Assembly (NCBI GenBank): GCA_965230295.1
Contig: OZ246001.1
Location: forward strand, 992,001 to 1,056,000
Direction of reading: 5' to 3'
From: Marinicella sp.
GTDB lineage: Bacteria; Pseudomonadota; Gammaproteobacteria; Xanthomonadales; Marinicellaceae
Length of the DNA stretch: 64,000 nucleotides
In this document: one piece after another, positions 10,682 through 19,784 of the stretch
How positions within the stretch are numbered: position 1 is the first letter of the stretch
Layout: every line of letters begins with the position of its first letter
Notes under the pieces: generated by a model
The model's input: the letters and a program-made list of their open reading frames with translations, nothing else
What the model was told of the DNA's origin: nothing
Databases searched by the model: none
Made by a program: the position numbers and the translations under genes

Positions 10682-11887
10682 TTGGAAGCACATGTCATTG
10701 AATGGTTGAACTTATCAGTGCGATGGATACACATCATCACCGGAATCGCTTGGATCGGTGCTTCTTTTTATTTTATCTTTTTAGAGAATAATTTAAACCG
10801 TACCGAGAATCTGCGTGAGGAGTTGGCCGGAAACTTATGGGCGGTTCATGGCGGTGGCTTTTACTATTTAGAAAAATACAAACATTCGCCACAAACCATT
10901 CCTGAAGATTTGCACTGGTTCAAATGGGAAGCTTACTTCACTTGGCTTTCTGGTATGGCCTTGTTGTTGATTGTGTATTATTACAACGCTCAGATTTACC
11001 TGTTGGATCCGGTGATTTCCGACCTCACCGCCTCACAAGCCATTGGTATCGGTTTGGGTACTTTGTTACTTGGCTGGATCATTTATGACCTGTTGTGCAA
11101 GTCACCCCTGATCAAACAACAACAATTATTTGCCTTGGTTGGCTTTGTCTTGTTGGTGTCACTGACTTACGGTTTGACTCAATTCCTCAGTGCCCGGGCA
11201 GCATACATTCATGTAGGAGCCATGTTAGGAACACTGATGGTGGCCAATGTGTTTTTCAACATCATCCCATCGCAAAAAGCCATGGTCAAGGCGGCCATCG
11301 ATGGTACGCAAGTTGATCCAGGCTTGGGCAAAAAGGCCCTACAACGTTCCATCCACAACAACTACATGACCTTGCCGGTGTTGTTCATCATGATCAGCCA
11401 CCACTTTCCCAGCACTTTCGGGCATTCACACAGTTGGTTGATTTTGGCCCTGTTGGTATTGGTTGGGATGTTGGTCAGGCATTGGTTTAATCTGAAAGGG
11501 AAAGGCCAAAAAAACCTGTGGTTATTGCCTATGGCTTTGATTTTGATGGCATTTTTGGTTTACTACACCAAACCAGCTGATGTGACACCAAACAAAGGCC
11601 AAACACAAGTTGGGCTCACCGACCAAGAAGCCATGACCATCATCAACATCCATTGTACCAATTGCCATGCCACTCAACCCAGCAGTGAACTGTTCGCCAC
11701 CCCACCCAAAAATCTGGTGCTTGAAACGATTGACCAAGTGTTGGCCAATGACTTGATGATCAAAGCCCAAGTCATCAACAGCAAAATCATGCCACTGGGT
11801 AATTTCACCCAAATGACCGATCAGGAACGGGCACAATTGGGCCACTGGCTGGCCAGCAAAGCAGCCGAAAAGATGGAACAGGACTGA
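10682..11887 (+). CDS. puuD: Urate hydroxylase PuuD (membrane cytochrome c urate oxidase)
   Basis: RWIHIITGIAWIGASFYF, LHWFKWEAY, HNNYMTLPVLF; C-terminal CTNCH heme motif; TTG start; purine-catabolism context. Confidence 0.92.
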   Translation: MEAHVIEWLNLSVRWIHIITGIAWIGASFYFIFLENNLNRTENLREELAGNLWAVHGGGFYYLEKYKHSPQTIPEDLHWFKWEAYFTWLSGMALLLIVYYYNAQIYLLDPVISDLTASQAIGIGLGTLLLGWIIYDLLCKSPLIKQQQLFALVGFVLLVSLTYGLTQFLSARAAYIHVGAMLGTLMVANVFFNIIPSQKAMVKAAIDGTQVDPGLGKKALQRSIHNNYMTLPVLFIMISHHFPSTFGHSHSWLILALLVLVGMLVRHWFNLKGKGQKNLWLLPMALILMAFLVYYTKPADVTPNKGQTQVGLTDQEAMTIINIHCTNCHATQPSSELFATPPKNLVLETIDQVLANDLMIKAQVINSKIMPLGNFTQMTDQERAQLGHWLASKAAEKMEQD

Positions 11888-11889
11888 TC

Positions 11890-12000
11890 ATGATTGCCAT
11901 ATCTTCGACACAAGTTTACCTGTCAGGTGAATTGATCTTTGACCATTCTGATGCCAAGCATTTCGAACATCAACAACCCAAGGGCATGACATTGTTATGA
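11890..12000 (+). pseudogene. Probable internally deleted allantoinase relic (36 codons)
   Basis: MIAISSTQVYLSGELIFDHSDAKHFEHQQPKGMTLL*, starting 2 nt after the puuD stop with its stop overlapping the alc start (ATGA). It resembles an amidohydrolase N-terminus joined to a ...GELIFD...PKG.LL C-terminus. Confidence 0.55.
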
Positions 12001-12977
12001 AAACATTCACTCACTTAATTGATCTGGCAGCTGCTCGTGTAGGCGGTTTGGTGCTGGATACCACTGATGATTTTTTTGCAGAGAAAGAAAATTTGATCAA
12101 ACCTGGTCGTGGCATCTTCATTGAAGATAAATACACCGACCATGGAAAATGGATGGACGGATGGGAAAGTCGGCGCAAACGAGAACCTGGCCATGATTGG
12201 TGTACATTAAAACTCGGCCTGCGGGGGGTCATTCATGGTGTCGATATAGACACCAATCACTTTTTAGGTAACCATCCACCGCATGCCTCTCTTGAGGCTG
12301 CCTGTGTGACAGGCTCTCCGAATGAAAAAGACTGGATTGAAATATTACCCAAGTCGCCGTTAGACCCTGGCTCCCAAAATTTATATGAAATTGCATCTGA
12401 GGCGGAATGGACCCACTTAAGATTACACATATACCCAGATGGCGGGGTAGCGCGCTTGAAAGTATATGGCGAGGTCAAACCCGATTGGTCGCAAGTGAGC
12501 ACCGATCAAATGATTGACTTGGTGGCTGTAGAAAATGGCGGTCGCGTGATCAGTTGCAATGACATGTTTTTCAGCTCCAAAGACAACCTCATCATGCCAG
12601 GTCGCGGCATCAATATGGGCGATGGCTGGGAGACCAAAAGGCGTCGAGGGCCAGGTCATGACTGGTCAATTTTAAAATTGGGTCATGCTGGTGTGGTTGA
12701 GATGATTGAAGTAGACACCCATCATTTTAAAGGCAACTACCCTGATCGTTGTTCAATTGAATCGATTTTTGCACCAACTGCTACAGACGAAGAATTGCAA
12801 CAATTGGACTGGCAGCCCTTGTTACCAGAAACTCAACTGTCAGCACACCAACAACATTATTTCGACCAGAACTTGGTTCACCACGACACAGTCACTCATC
12901 TTCGATTCAATATTTTTCCTGATGGTGGCATTTCCAGATTGCGCATCAATGGTCGCATCATAAAAAACCCTGTTTAA
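11997..12977 (+). CDS. alc: Allantoicase
   Basis: Two repeats with DGWESRRKR / DGWETKRRR, DTNHFLGN / DTHHFKGN, IYPDGGVARL / IFPDGGISRL. Confidence 0.95.
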   Translation: MKTFTHLIDLAAARVGGLVLDTTDDFFAEKENLIKPGRGIFIEDKYTDHGKWMDGWESRRKREPGHDWCTLKLGLRGVIHGVDIDTNHFLGNHPPHASLEAACVTGSPNEKDWIEILPKSPLDPGSQNLYEIASEAEWTHLRLHIYPDGGVARLKVYGEVKPDWSQVSTDQMIDLVAVENGGRVISCNDMFFSSKDNLIMPGRGINMGDGWETKRRRGPGHDWSILKLGHAGVVEMIEVDTHHFKGNYPDRCSIESIFAPTATDEELQQLDWQPLLPETQLSAHQQHYFDQNLVHHDTVTHLRFNIFPDGGISRLRINGRIIKNPV

Positions 12978-12990
12978 GCCAATACATAGC

Positions 12991-13497
12991 ATGACGTTAA
13001 CCGAACTGAACCAATTACCACAAGCTGAGTTGATCGAACATCTCAGCCATTGTTGTGGTGCCAGTCATTGGGTCCAGGCCATGGCTCATTTTCAGCCTTT
13101 TGCCAGCATTGATCTGCTACACGAAATCAGTGACACCATTTGGACTGAGTTGGATGAAGAGGACTACTTGGAAGCTTTCACCCATCATCCCATGATTGGT
13201 GATTTGGAGGCATTGAAAAAGAAATTTGCCGACACCGCACAATGGGCTGGTCAAGAACAAAGCGGCAGTAACAGCGCCAGTGAGTCAACACTGCAATCAT
13301 TACAACAAGCCAACCGGGATTACCTGAAAAAATTTGGTTTCATATTCATCGTCTGTGCCACTGGCAAAACCGCCGATCAAATGTTGACCTTGTTGCTGCA
13401 AAGACTGGATAATGATCATTCAACTGAATTATCAATAGCAGCTGAAGAACAAAATAAGATCACACATTTACGGTTAGAAAAATTATTGAACAGCTGA
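12991..13497 (+). CDS. uraD: OHCU decarboxylase
   Basis: EAFTHHPMIG, EQSG, YLKKFGFIFIVCATGK, EQNKITHLRL. Confidence 0.93.
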   Translation: MTLTELNQLPQAELIEHLSHCCGASHWVQAMAHFQPFASIDLLHEISDTIWTELDEEDYLEAFTHHPMIGDLEALKKKFADTAQWAGQEQSGSNSASESTLQSLQQANRDYLKKFGFIFIVCATGKTADQMLTLLLQRLDNDHSTELSIAAEEQNKITHLRLEKLLNS

Positions 13498-13550
13498 ACC
13501 CACTCAATAAGAAACGGTATAATTGATACTAAGAATCAAAGAGGATTGAT

Positions 13551-13889
13551 ATGAGCCCAATCACCACACATGTGTTGGACACGGCCTCCGGCCTACCCGC
13601 TGCAGGCATCGGAGTTAAACTGGAGCGGCTGTCGCCTGCCGGTCCACTTTTGGTGGCTGAAGGGACCACCGATGAAGATGGACGGATCATGGATTGGCCC
13701 TATGAACAATTCGATCAACACCTGCAAAATGGCGATTTTCAAATCACCTTTCAAGTGCATGAATACCACCAAGGAAATGGCTTTTTCCCACACATCACCA
13801 TTGCATTCCGGGTCACTGATTGCCAAGCACATTACCATGTACCCTTGTTGCTCAGTCCATTCAGTTATTCAACCTACCGAGGCAGCTAA
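13551..13889 (+). CDS. uraH: 5-hydroxyisourate hydrolase
   Basis: ITTHVLD, DGR, HYHVPLLLSPFSYSTYRGS C-terminus. Confidence 0.95.
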   Translation: MSPITTHVLDTASGLPAAGIGVKLERLSPAGPLLVAEGTTDEDGRIMDWPYEQFDQHLQNGDFQITFQVHEYHQGNGFFPHITIAFRVTDCQAHYHVPLLLSPFSYSTYRGS

Positions 13890-15205
13890 TGACCAGCAGT
13901 ATTGACCCCAATCAATTGGACCCCATTTTTGCCTCGTTGTCACAGGCCAACGAAAAATACCAGCAACATTTTCCAGGTGACCGTGAAGCTTTACAACCCA
14001 CCCACACTTTATATGGGGGCGCCCAACTTTACAAAGCAGGATCAACCCAAAAAATTGGCGAATTGGCGCTCAAATCATTTCAACAATATGCACCCAATTC
14101 GACGGTTTTTGCCCATGCTTTGCAACTGGGTGGAGACCAAGACCTGTGGCAGCAGATTCATCAACGGGTTATACAACGTTTACAAAAGTGTGCAGTGGAA
14201 GATTTCCGCATCGATTTTGAAGATGGTTATGGCAACCGACCCGATGACGAAGAAGATGCCACAGCTCGGTATGCCGCAGAACAACTGGCTTTGGCTTATC
14301 AACAAGGCATTGCCGCCCCTTTCATGGGTATCCGCATAAAACCTTTCAATGAAGAACTGAAGCACCGCAGCGCACGAACTTTGGACCTCTTCATCAGTAC
14401 TTTGGTTCGCGCTTTTGATGGTCAGGTTCCTGATGATTTTGTGGTCACTTTACCCAAAGTGCTGATCCCTGAACAAGTCACTGCTTTGGTTCAATTATTG
14501 GATCACATAGAAGCCAATCTGGGATTAGAAAACGGCACCATCCAGATTGAAATTATGGTGGAAAATACCCAGGCTTTGCTGTCAAAAGATGGCATGTGTC
14601 ACCTGCCCTTGATTTATCAGGCCACGGCAGGACGCTGTCGTGGCGCTCACTTTGGCACCTATGATTACACCGCCAGTTTTGACATCACTGCAGCCTTACA
14701 GACCATGGATCACCCCAGCTGCGATTTTGCCCTGCAAATGATGAAACTGGCCTTCGCCGGGACGGGTGTCTGGCTGTCGAATGGTGCCACCAGCATCATG
14801 CCCATAGGGGATGAAAAAACGGTACACGATGCCTGGAAGCTGAGCTTTGATCACATCACCCATTCGTTGGAAATGGGCTATTACCAGGGCTGGGATTTAC
14901 ACCCTGGGCAGATACCAATCCGCTATGCGGCCAATTATGCGTTTTTCTTATCCAGTTTGGAACAGGCATCGGTCAGGCTCAAAAATTTCATCGACAAAGC
15001 CGCTCAAGCCACATTGGTCGGCGATGTATTTGATGACGCAGCCACTGGTCAGGGTCTATTGAATTACTTTTTGCGGGCCTTGAATTGTGGCGCCATCACC
15101 GAGGACGAGATCGAAAAGACGGGTCTGACATTGGCAGAAGTGCGCAGCAAATCCTTTGTTAAAATTGTTAAAAAACGCACTGAACAAATGACCGATGATG
15201 GCTGA
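13889..15205 (+). CDS. HpcH/HpaI aldolase-citrate lyase superfamily protein (DUF6986-like)
   Basis: RIDFEDGYG, TLPKV, HFGTYDYTA, YYQGWDLHPGQ; start inferred at the TAATG overlap with uraH. Confidence 0.8.
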   Translation: MTSSIDPNQLDPIFASLSQANEKYQQHFPGDREALQPTHTLYGGAQLYKAGSTQKIGELALKSFQQYAPNSTVFAHALQLGGDQDLWQQIHQRVIQRLQKCAVEDFRIDFEDGYGNRPDDEEDATARYAAEQLALAYQQGIAAPFMGIRIKPFNEELKHRSARTLDLFISTLVRAFDGQVPDDFVVTLPKVLIPEQVTALVQLLDHIEANLGLENGTIQIEIMVENTQALLSKDGMCHLPLIYQATAGRCRGAHFGTYDYTASFDITAALQTMDHPSCDFALQMMKLAFAGTGVWLSNGATSIMPIGDEKTVHDAWKLSFDHITHSLEMGYYQGWDLHPGQIPIRYAANYAFFLSSLEQASVRLKNFIDKAAQATLVGDVFDDAATGQGLLNYFLRALNCGAITEDEIEKTGLTLAEVRSKSFVKIVKKRTEQMTDDG

Positions 15206-16691
15206 GCAAAGAGATTACATCCTGATATACCTCAATGGCCAACGCCGAGAATTGCGTGGGGCCCAAGTTTTCATGACCTTGTCCGATTATTTGCGCTACG
15301 AGCGACAACTGACCGGCACCAAAGTGGTCTGTGCTGAAGGTGATTGTGGGGCATGCAGTGTGATGGTCGGAGCCGTCAAACCCAATGCCCTGGAAGCGGA
15401 AGTGCAATATCAAGTCATCAACGCATGCATCCAGTTCATGCATGGTCTGGATTGTGCTCACATCATCACCATTGAGGGTTTACCTGCTGAACCCAATCAA
15501 TTACACCCCGTGCAAGCAGCGATGGTGGAGGCCCAAGCCACCCAATGTGGATTCTGTACGCCCGGATTTGTGATGGCTGCAGCCTGCATGTTGGAACAAG
15601 AAGGCACTGAGAACAACATCAACCCACAAAAGGCCAAAAATTACCTCACCGGAAACTTGTGTCGATGTACCGGTTACCTGTCAATCATCAACGCCATGAC
15701 CCACATCAATGCCACTGATGAGCCATCCATTAAACAAAGATATCATCTGCCAACTGTGCATGAAGATTTGTTGCAACATGGCGCAAAATCGGTGGTCATC
15801 AACCACGAGGGGCATTGTTTTATCAGCCCGGCCACAGCCAAGGAAGCGGCCAATGTGATGTCCACCAAAAACTGTCGTGTGTTTGCAGCGGCCACTGATT
15901 TGGGGGTTCAGCACAACAAAGGCCATTGGCAAACACAACGGGTGGTCAGTTTGAACTTGATTGGTGACCTGCATCAGATTCAACATCAGGCCGAATCAGT
16001 TTTGGTGGGTGCCAGGGTCAGTCTGGCAGCTTTGGAACAAGCACTGAAGTGCGACCAGCCAGAATGGGCTGATTTCATGCACATCTTTGCTTCACCACAA
16101 ATCAAAAACAACGCGACACTGGTGGGCAATGTTGCCAATGGTTCTCCCATCGGTGATAACTTACCGTTCTTGCTGGCACTTGATGCCAAGCTCATCATCC
16201 AAGGACCAAATCAGCAAAGATCACTCAACATCAATGACTTTTATACCGGCTACAAACAATTCAATTTGGCTGAAGGCGAGTTGATCACCCACATAGAGAT
16301 TCCACACAAACCCAAAGGCAGTGTATTGAAGCTGTATAAAGTATCACAACGCCGAGATTTAGACATCAGTTGTGTGTCATCTGCCATCATGCTGACCTTT
16401 GACCAACAAAAGGTTGTGCAACGGGCAGCCATTGCTTTGGGGGGGGTGGCCGCTACAGCACTCAGAATCAAAGCCATAGAACAACAGTTGATTGGGCACC
16501 ACCTTACAGAAATCACCGATACAGCTGCTTGCCAACAAGTGGCACAAAAATTGGCGGCAGCGATAAAGCCAATGTCAGATGTCCGCGGCAGTGATGTCTT
16601 CAGGAAGCAATTGGTGGCCAACCTGTACCGCAAATACATCGACGAACTGACGGCCAATGAAGTCGCAGTGGAAGCCAGCCATGTCATTTAA
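15195..16691 (+). CDS. xdhA: Xanthine dehydrogenase small subunit (2Fe-2S + FAD)
   Basis: GTKVVCAEGDCGAC, QCGFCTPGF, GNLCRCTGY, ANGSPIGD, YKVSQRRDLDIS. Confidence 0.93.
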   Translation: MMAEQRDYILIYLNGQRRELRGAQVFMTLSDYLRYERQLTGTKVVCAEGDCGACSVMVGAVKPNALEAEVQYQVINACIQFMHGLDCAHIITIEGLPAEPNQLHPVQAAMVEAQATQCGFCTPGFVMAAACMLEQEGTENNINPQKAKNYLTGNLCRCTGYLSIINAMTHINATDEPSIKQRYHLPTVHEDLLQHGAKSVVINHEGHCFISPATAKEAANVMSTKNCRVFAAATDLGVQHNKGHWQTQRVVSLNLIGDLHQIQHQAESVLVGARVSLAALEQALKCDQPEWADFMHIFASPQIKNNATLVGNVANGSPIGDNLPFLLALDAKLIIQGPNQQRSLNINDFYTGYKQFNLAEGELITHIEIPHKPKGSVLKLYKVSQRRDLDISCVSSAIMLTFDQQKVVQRAAIALGGVAATALRIKAIEQQLIGHHLTEITDTAACQQVAQKLAAAIKPMSDVRGSDVFRKQLVANLYRKYIDELTANEVAVEASHVI

Positions 16692-18999
16692 AGATTTGCC
16701 CCATGATTCTGCAACCAGTCATGTCACAGGCACATCTGAGTTCATTGACGATCGGCCAAAACATGCCGGTGAGTTAACGGTTGCCGTGGTGTATTCAGGT
16801 GTGGCGCATGGTGACATCAAGCGCATAGATACCTCTCAGGCTTTACAGATTGAAGGTGTTCATGGCATCTATTCATATCAAGATTTGGCCCACAACCGCT
16901 GGGGTTCAATCGTCCAGGACCAACCCTTGCTGGCAGAAAACAGTGTTCATTATGTGGGTGAGCCGATATTGGTTGTGGCTGCCGAAACGGCTACAGCAGC
17001 ACAAGCCGCGCAAGCAATCATTCAAATTGACATCGAAGCCAAAGATGCTGTTTTGGACATCCGTACAGCCCGTTCTGAGCGGCACTATATGGGTGAGGCT
17101 TATCAAATAAAAACCGGTGACCCCCGGACCGAGTTTACCCAAGCTGAACACCTGTTGACGGGTCAATTCAGTAACGGTGGGCAGGAACAATTTTATCTAG
17201 AATCCCAAGCAGCCATTGCTTATCCTGAGGAAAATGATTGCATTCATGTGCATGTCTCGGCACAACACCCCACAGAGGTACAGCATGTGGTGGCCAAAGC
17301 CCTGGACTTAAAGCACCACCAAGTGATCAGTACCGTTAAGCGCATGGGAGGCGGTTTTGGTGGTAAAGAATCGCAATCGGCACATTATGCCGCGTTGGCG
17401 GCTTTGGTGGCCCACAAAACCAAACGTCCGGCCCGATTGATACTGAGTAAAGATGATGACATGATCGCCACCGGCAAACGCCATCCGTTTTGCAACGATT
17501 ACCAAGTGGCCTTCGATGATGATGGCCGCATTCAGGCACTGAATGTGCACTTTTATGCCGATGGAGGCGCCTACATTGACCTGACCCCGGCGATCATCCA
17601 ACGCGCCATGTTTCATGTCGACAACGCCTACCTGATCCCGAATGCCAACATCAAAGGAACGATTTGTCGCACCCACACCCATCCGCACACTGCATTTCGT
17701 GGGTTTGGCGGCCCACAAGGTGCGGCTGTGATTGAACACATCATGGAAGAGATTGCTGCACATTTGAATATGGACTCATTGGATGTCAGACTGAACAATT
17801 GTTACCGTGGCAATGACAGTCAAACACCCTATGGTCAAACCGTTGACAACAACATGCTGCCAGAATTGTTTGCTCAATTGGAGCAATCTGCCAAGTACCG
17901 CCAGCGTCGGCAAGCCATCCAGACATTCAATCAACAATCCACTGGTTTGAAAAAAGGCTTGGCCCTGACTGCAGTTAAATTTGGCATCTCTTTCACCACC
18001 CGCTTTTTGAACCAAGGCAACGCCCTGGTCAATGTTCATGTCGATGGCACCGTTCAGGTATCAACCGGCGCCACCGAAATGGGCCAAGGGGTTAACAGTA
18101 AAATCCGTAAAATTGTCAGTGAAGCTTTGGGTGTCGATGAGGTGGATGTGCGGATGATGCCCACTTCCACAGAAAAAAACGCCAATACATCAGCCACAGC
18201 CGCTTCCAGTGGCAGCGACATCAACGGTGCAGCGGCTAACATCGCATGTCAAAAAATCACCGATCGCCTGGCCAACATCGCCATACAAATGTGGCAAGGC
18301 TTTGTTCCTGGTGATGCCGCTGAATTGACACTGCGTGATGACATCGACACCAAGGCCGTTAAATTCATGGCTGGTCAATTGATCAATACAGACAACCCAA
18401 GTCAAACATTTGAATTCAAAGACCTGGTCAAAACGGCTTACTTGAATCGCATCAGCCTCAGTGATTATGGTCACTACAGAACCCCTGAAATTTATTTTGA
18501 TAAAAAAACAGGCAAAGGCCGACCCTTCCTTTACTACACCAATGGCGTGGCCGCTTCGGAAGTCAGCATTGACTGCTACACCGGTGAAACCAAGATTCTG
18601 CGCACCGACATACTGATGGATTTGGGCCGTTTGATCAATGACGGCATCGACCATGGACAAACCGCCGGTGGATTTGTCCAGGGTGCCGGCTGGGTCACTG
18701 CCGAGAACCTGCATTACGATGAGCAAGGTAAGCTGTTGTCACACTCACCCACCACCTATAAAATCCCCAGCATTCACGACATGCCGCGCCTATTCAACAT
18801 TGATTTCATTGAAAACCACAGCAATGTGATGAACATTCGCGGCAGCAAAGCCGTGGGTGAACCTCCCTTGTTGTTGGGCCTGAGTGTTTGGTGCGCCATC
18901 AAAAATGCGTTGCGTGAAGCCGGTGTGACAGACACCGAATCATTGTCTATCCCAGCCACCAATGAAGTCATTTTATCAATGCTAAGCAATCCATCATGA
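16681..18999 (+). CDS. xdhB: Xanthine dehydrogenase molybdopterin-binding subunit
   Basis: RMGGGFGGKESQ, AFRGFGGPQG, EMGQG, SKAVGEPPL; start at MSFKDLPHDS. Confidence 0.95.
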   Translation: MSFKDLPHDSATSHVTGTSEFIDDRPKHAGELTVAVVYSGVAHGDIKRIDTSQALQIEGVHGIYSYQDLAHNRWGSIVQDQPLLAENSVHYVGEPILVVAAETATAAQAAQAIIQIDIEAKDAVLDIRTARSERHYMGEAYQIKTGDPRTEFTQAEHLLTGQFSNGGQEQFYLESQAAIAYPEENDCIHVHVSAQHPTEVQHVVAKALDLKHHQVISTVKRMGGGFGGKESQSAHYAALAALVAHKTKRPARLILSKDDDMIATGKRHPFCNDYQVAFDDDGRIQALNVHFYADGGAYIDLTPAIIQRAMFHVDNAYLIPNANIKGTICRTHTHPHTAFRGFGGPQGAAVIEHIMEEIAAHLNMDSLDVRLNNCYRGNDSQTPYGQTVDNNMLPELFAQLEQSAKYRQRRQAIQTFNQQSTGLKKGLALTAVKFGISFTTRFLNQGNALVNVHVDGTVQVSTGATEMGQGVNSKIRKIVSEALGVDEVDVRMMPTSTEKNANTSATAASSGSDINGAAANIACQKITDRLANIAIQMWQGFVPGDAAELTLRDDIDTKAVKFMAGQLINTDNPSQTFEFKDLVKTAYLNRISLSDYGHYRTPEIYFDKKTGKGRPFLYYTNGVAASEVSIDCYTGETKILRTDILMDLGRLINDGIDHGQTAGGFVQGAGWVTAENLHYDEQGKLLSHSPTTYKIPSIHDMPRLFNIDFIENHSNVMNIRGSKAVGEPPLLLGLSVWCAIKNALREAGVTDTESLSIPATNEVILSMLSNPS

Positions 19000-19784
19000 G
19001 TCGCCATTTGTTGCACCACCAAAGCATCCAGGATTTGATCCAGCAACACATCAATTTTGTTTCGGTGGTGATTGTCGACATGCAAGGCAGCGCACCACAG
19101 GAACCTGGAGCCAAGATGTTGGTCACAGCGAACTGTACCGACAGCCCACTAGAAGGCACCATTGGTGGTGGCAAACTCGAGTTGTTTGCCATTGAACAGG
19201 CCAAACAAATGCTGGCCCAAAGTGGCACGACCACCCAAACCATGACCCTCAATTTACAAACCGATGTGGGGATGACTTGTGGCGGTGTGGTGCAATTGTA
19301 TTTTGAAGCTTATCACCACGATCAGTGGCACATTGCTGTTTTTGGTGCCGGCCATGTGGCCCAGGCCTTGATCCCGCTGCTGCTCACTATAAGTTGTCGG
19401 GTGCATTGTTATGACGAGCGTAAACAATGGATGGATCAACTGCCCGACAGTCCCGCACTGCATAAGATCAATAGATCAGCCACTGCTGAAAACCTCAAAA
19501 ACCTGCCTCCAGATTGTTACTTTATTTCAGTCACCCAAGGCCATTGCGAAGATGCCAAAATCCTGGCCCAGTTACTACAAGATCGCAAGCCACCTTATGT
19601 CGGTGTGATTGGCAGTGACTCAAAAGCAGTGCTGCTGAAAAAACAACTCATACAAATGGGTGTCGACCCCAAATCAGCAGAAAGCATTCATTGTCCGATT
19701 GGCATGCCAATCGGAGATGACATTCCAGCTGAAATTGCCATCAGTATCGTGGCCCAGTTGTTGGCCGTCAGAGACCGTAAATAA
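18996..19784 (+). CDS. xdhC: Xanthine dehydrogenase accessory protein XdhC
   Basis: GSAPQEPGAKM, GTIGGGKLE, MTCGG, FGAGHVA, CPIG, PAEIAISIVAQL. Confidence 0.93.
   Translation: MSRHLLHHQSIQDLIQQHINFVSVVIVDMQGSAPQEPGAKMLVTANCTDSPLEGTIGGGKLELFAIEQAKQMLAQSGTTTQTMTLNLQTDVGMTCGGVVQLYFEAYHHDQWHIAVFGAGHVAQALIPLLLTISCRVHCYDERKQWMDQLPDSPALHKINRSATAENLKNLPPDCYFISVTQGHCEDAKILAQLLQDRKPPYVGVIGSDSKAVLLKKQLIQMGVDPKSAESIHCPIGMPIGDDIPAEIAISIVAQLLAVRDRK

Noticed and set aside
16439-16446. G8 tract in xdhA as a phase-variation site
   Set aside because: It is in frame, encodes the conserved LGGV motif and is short.
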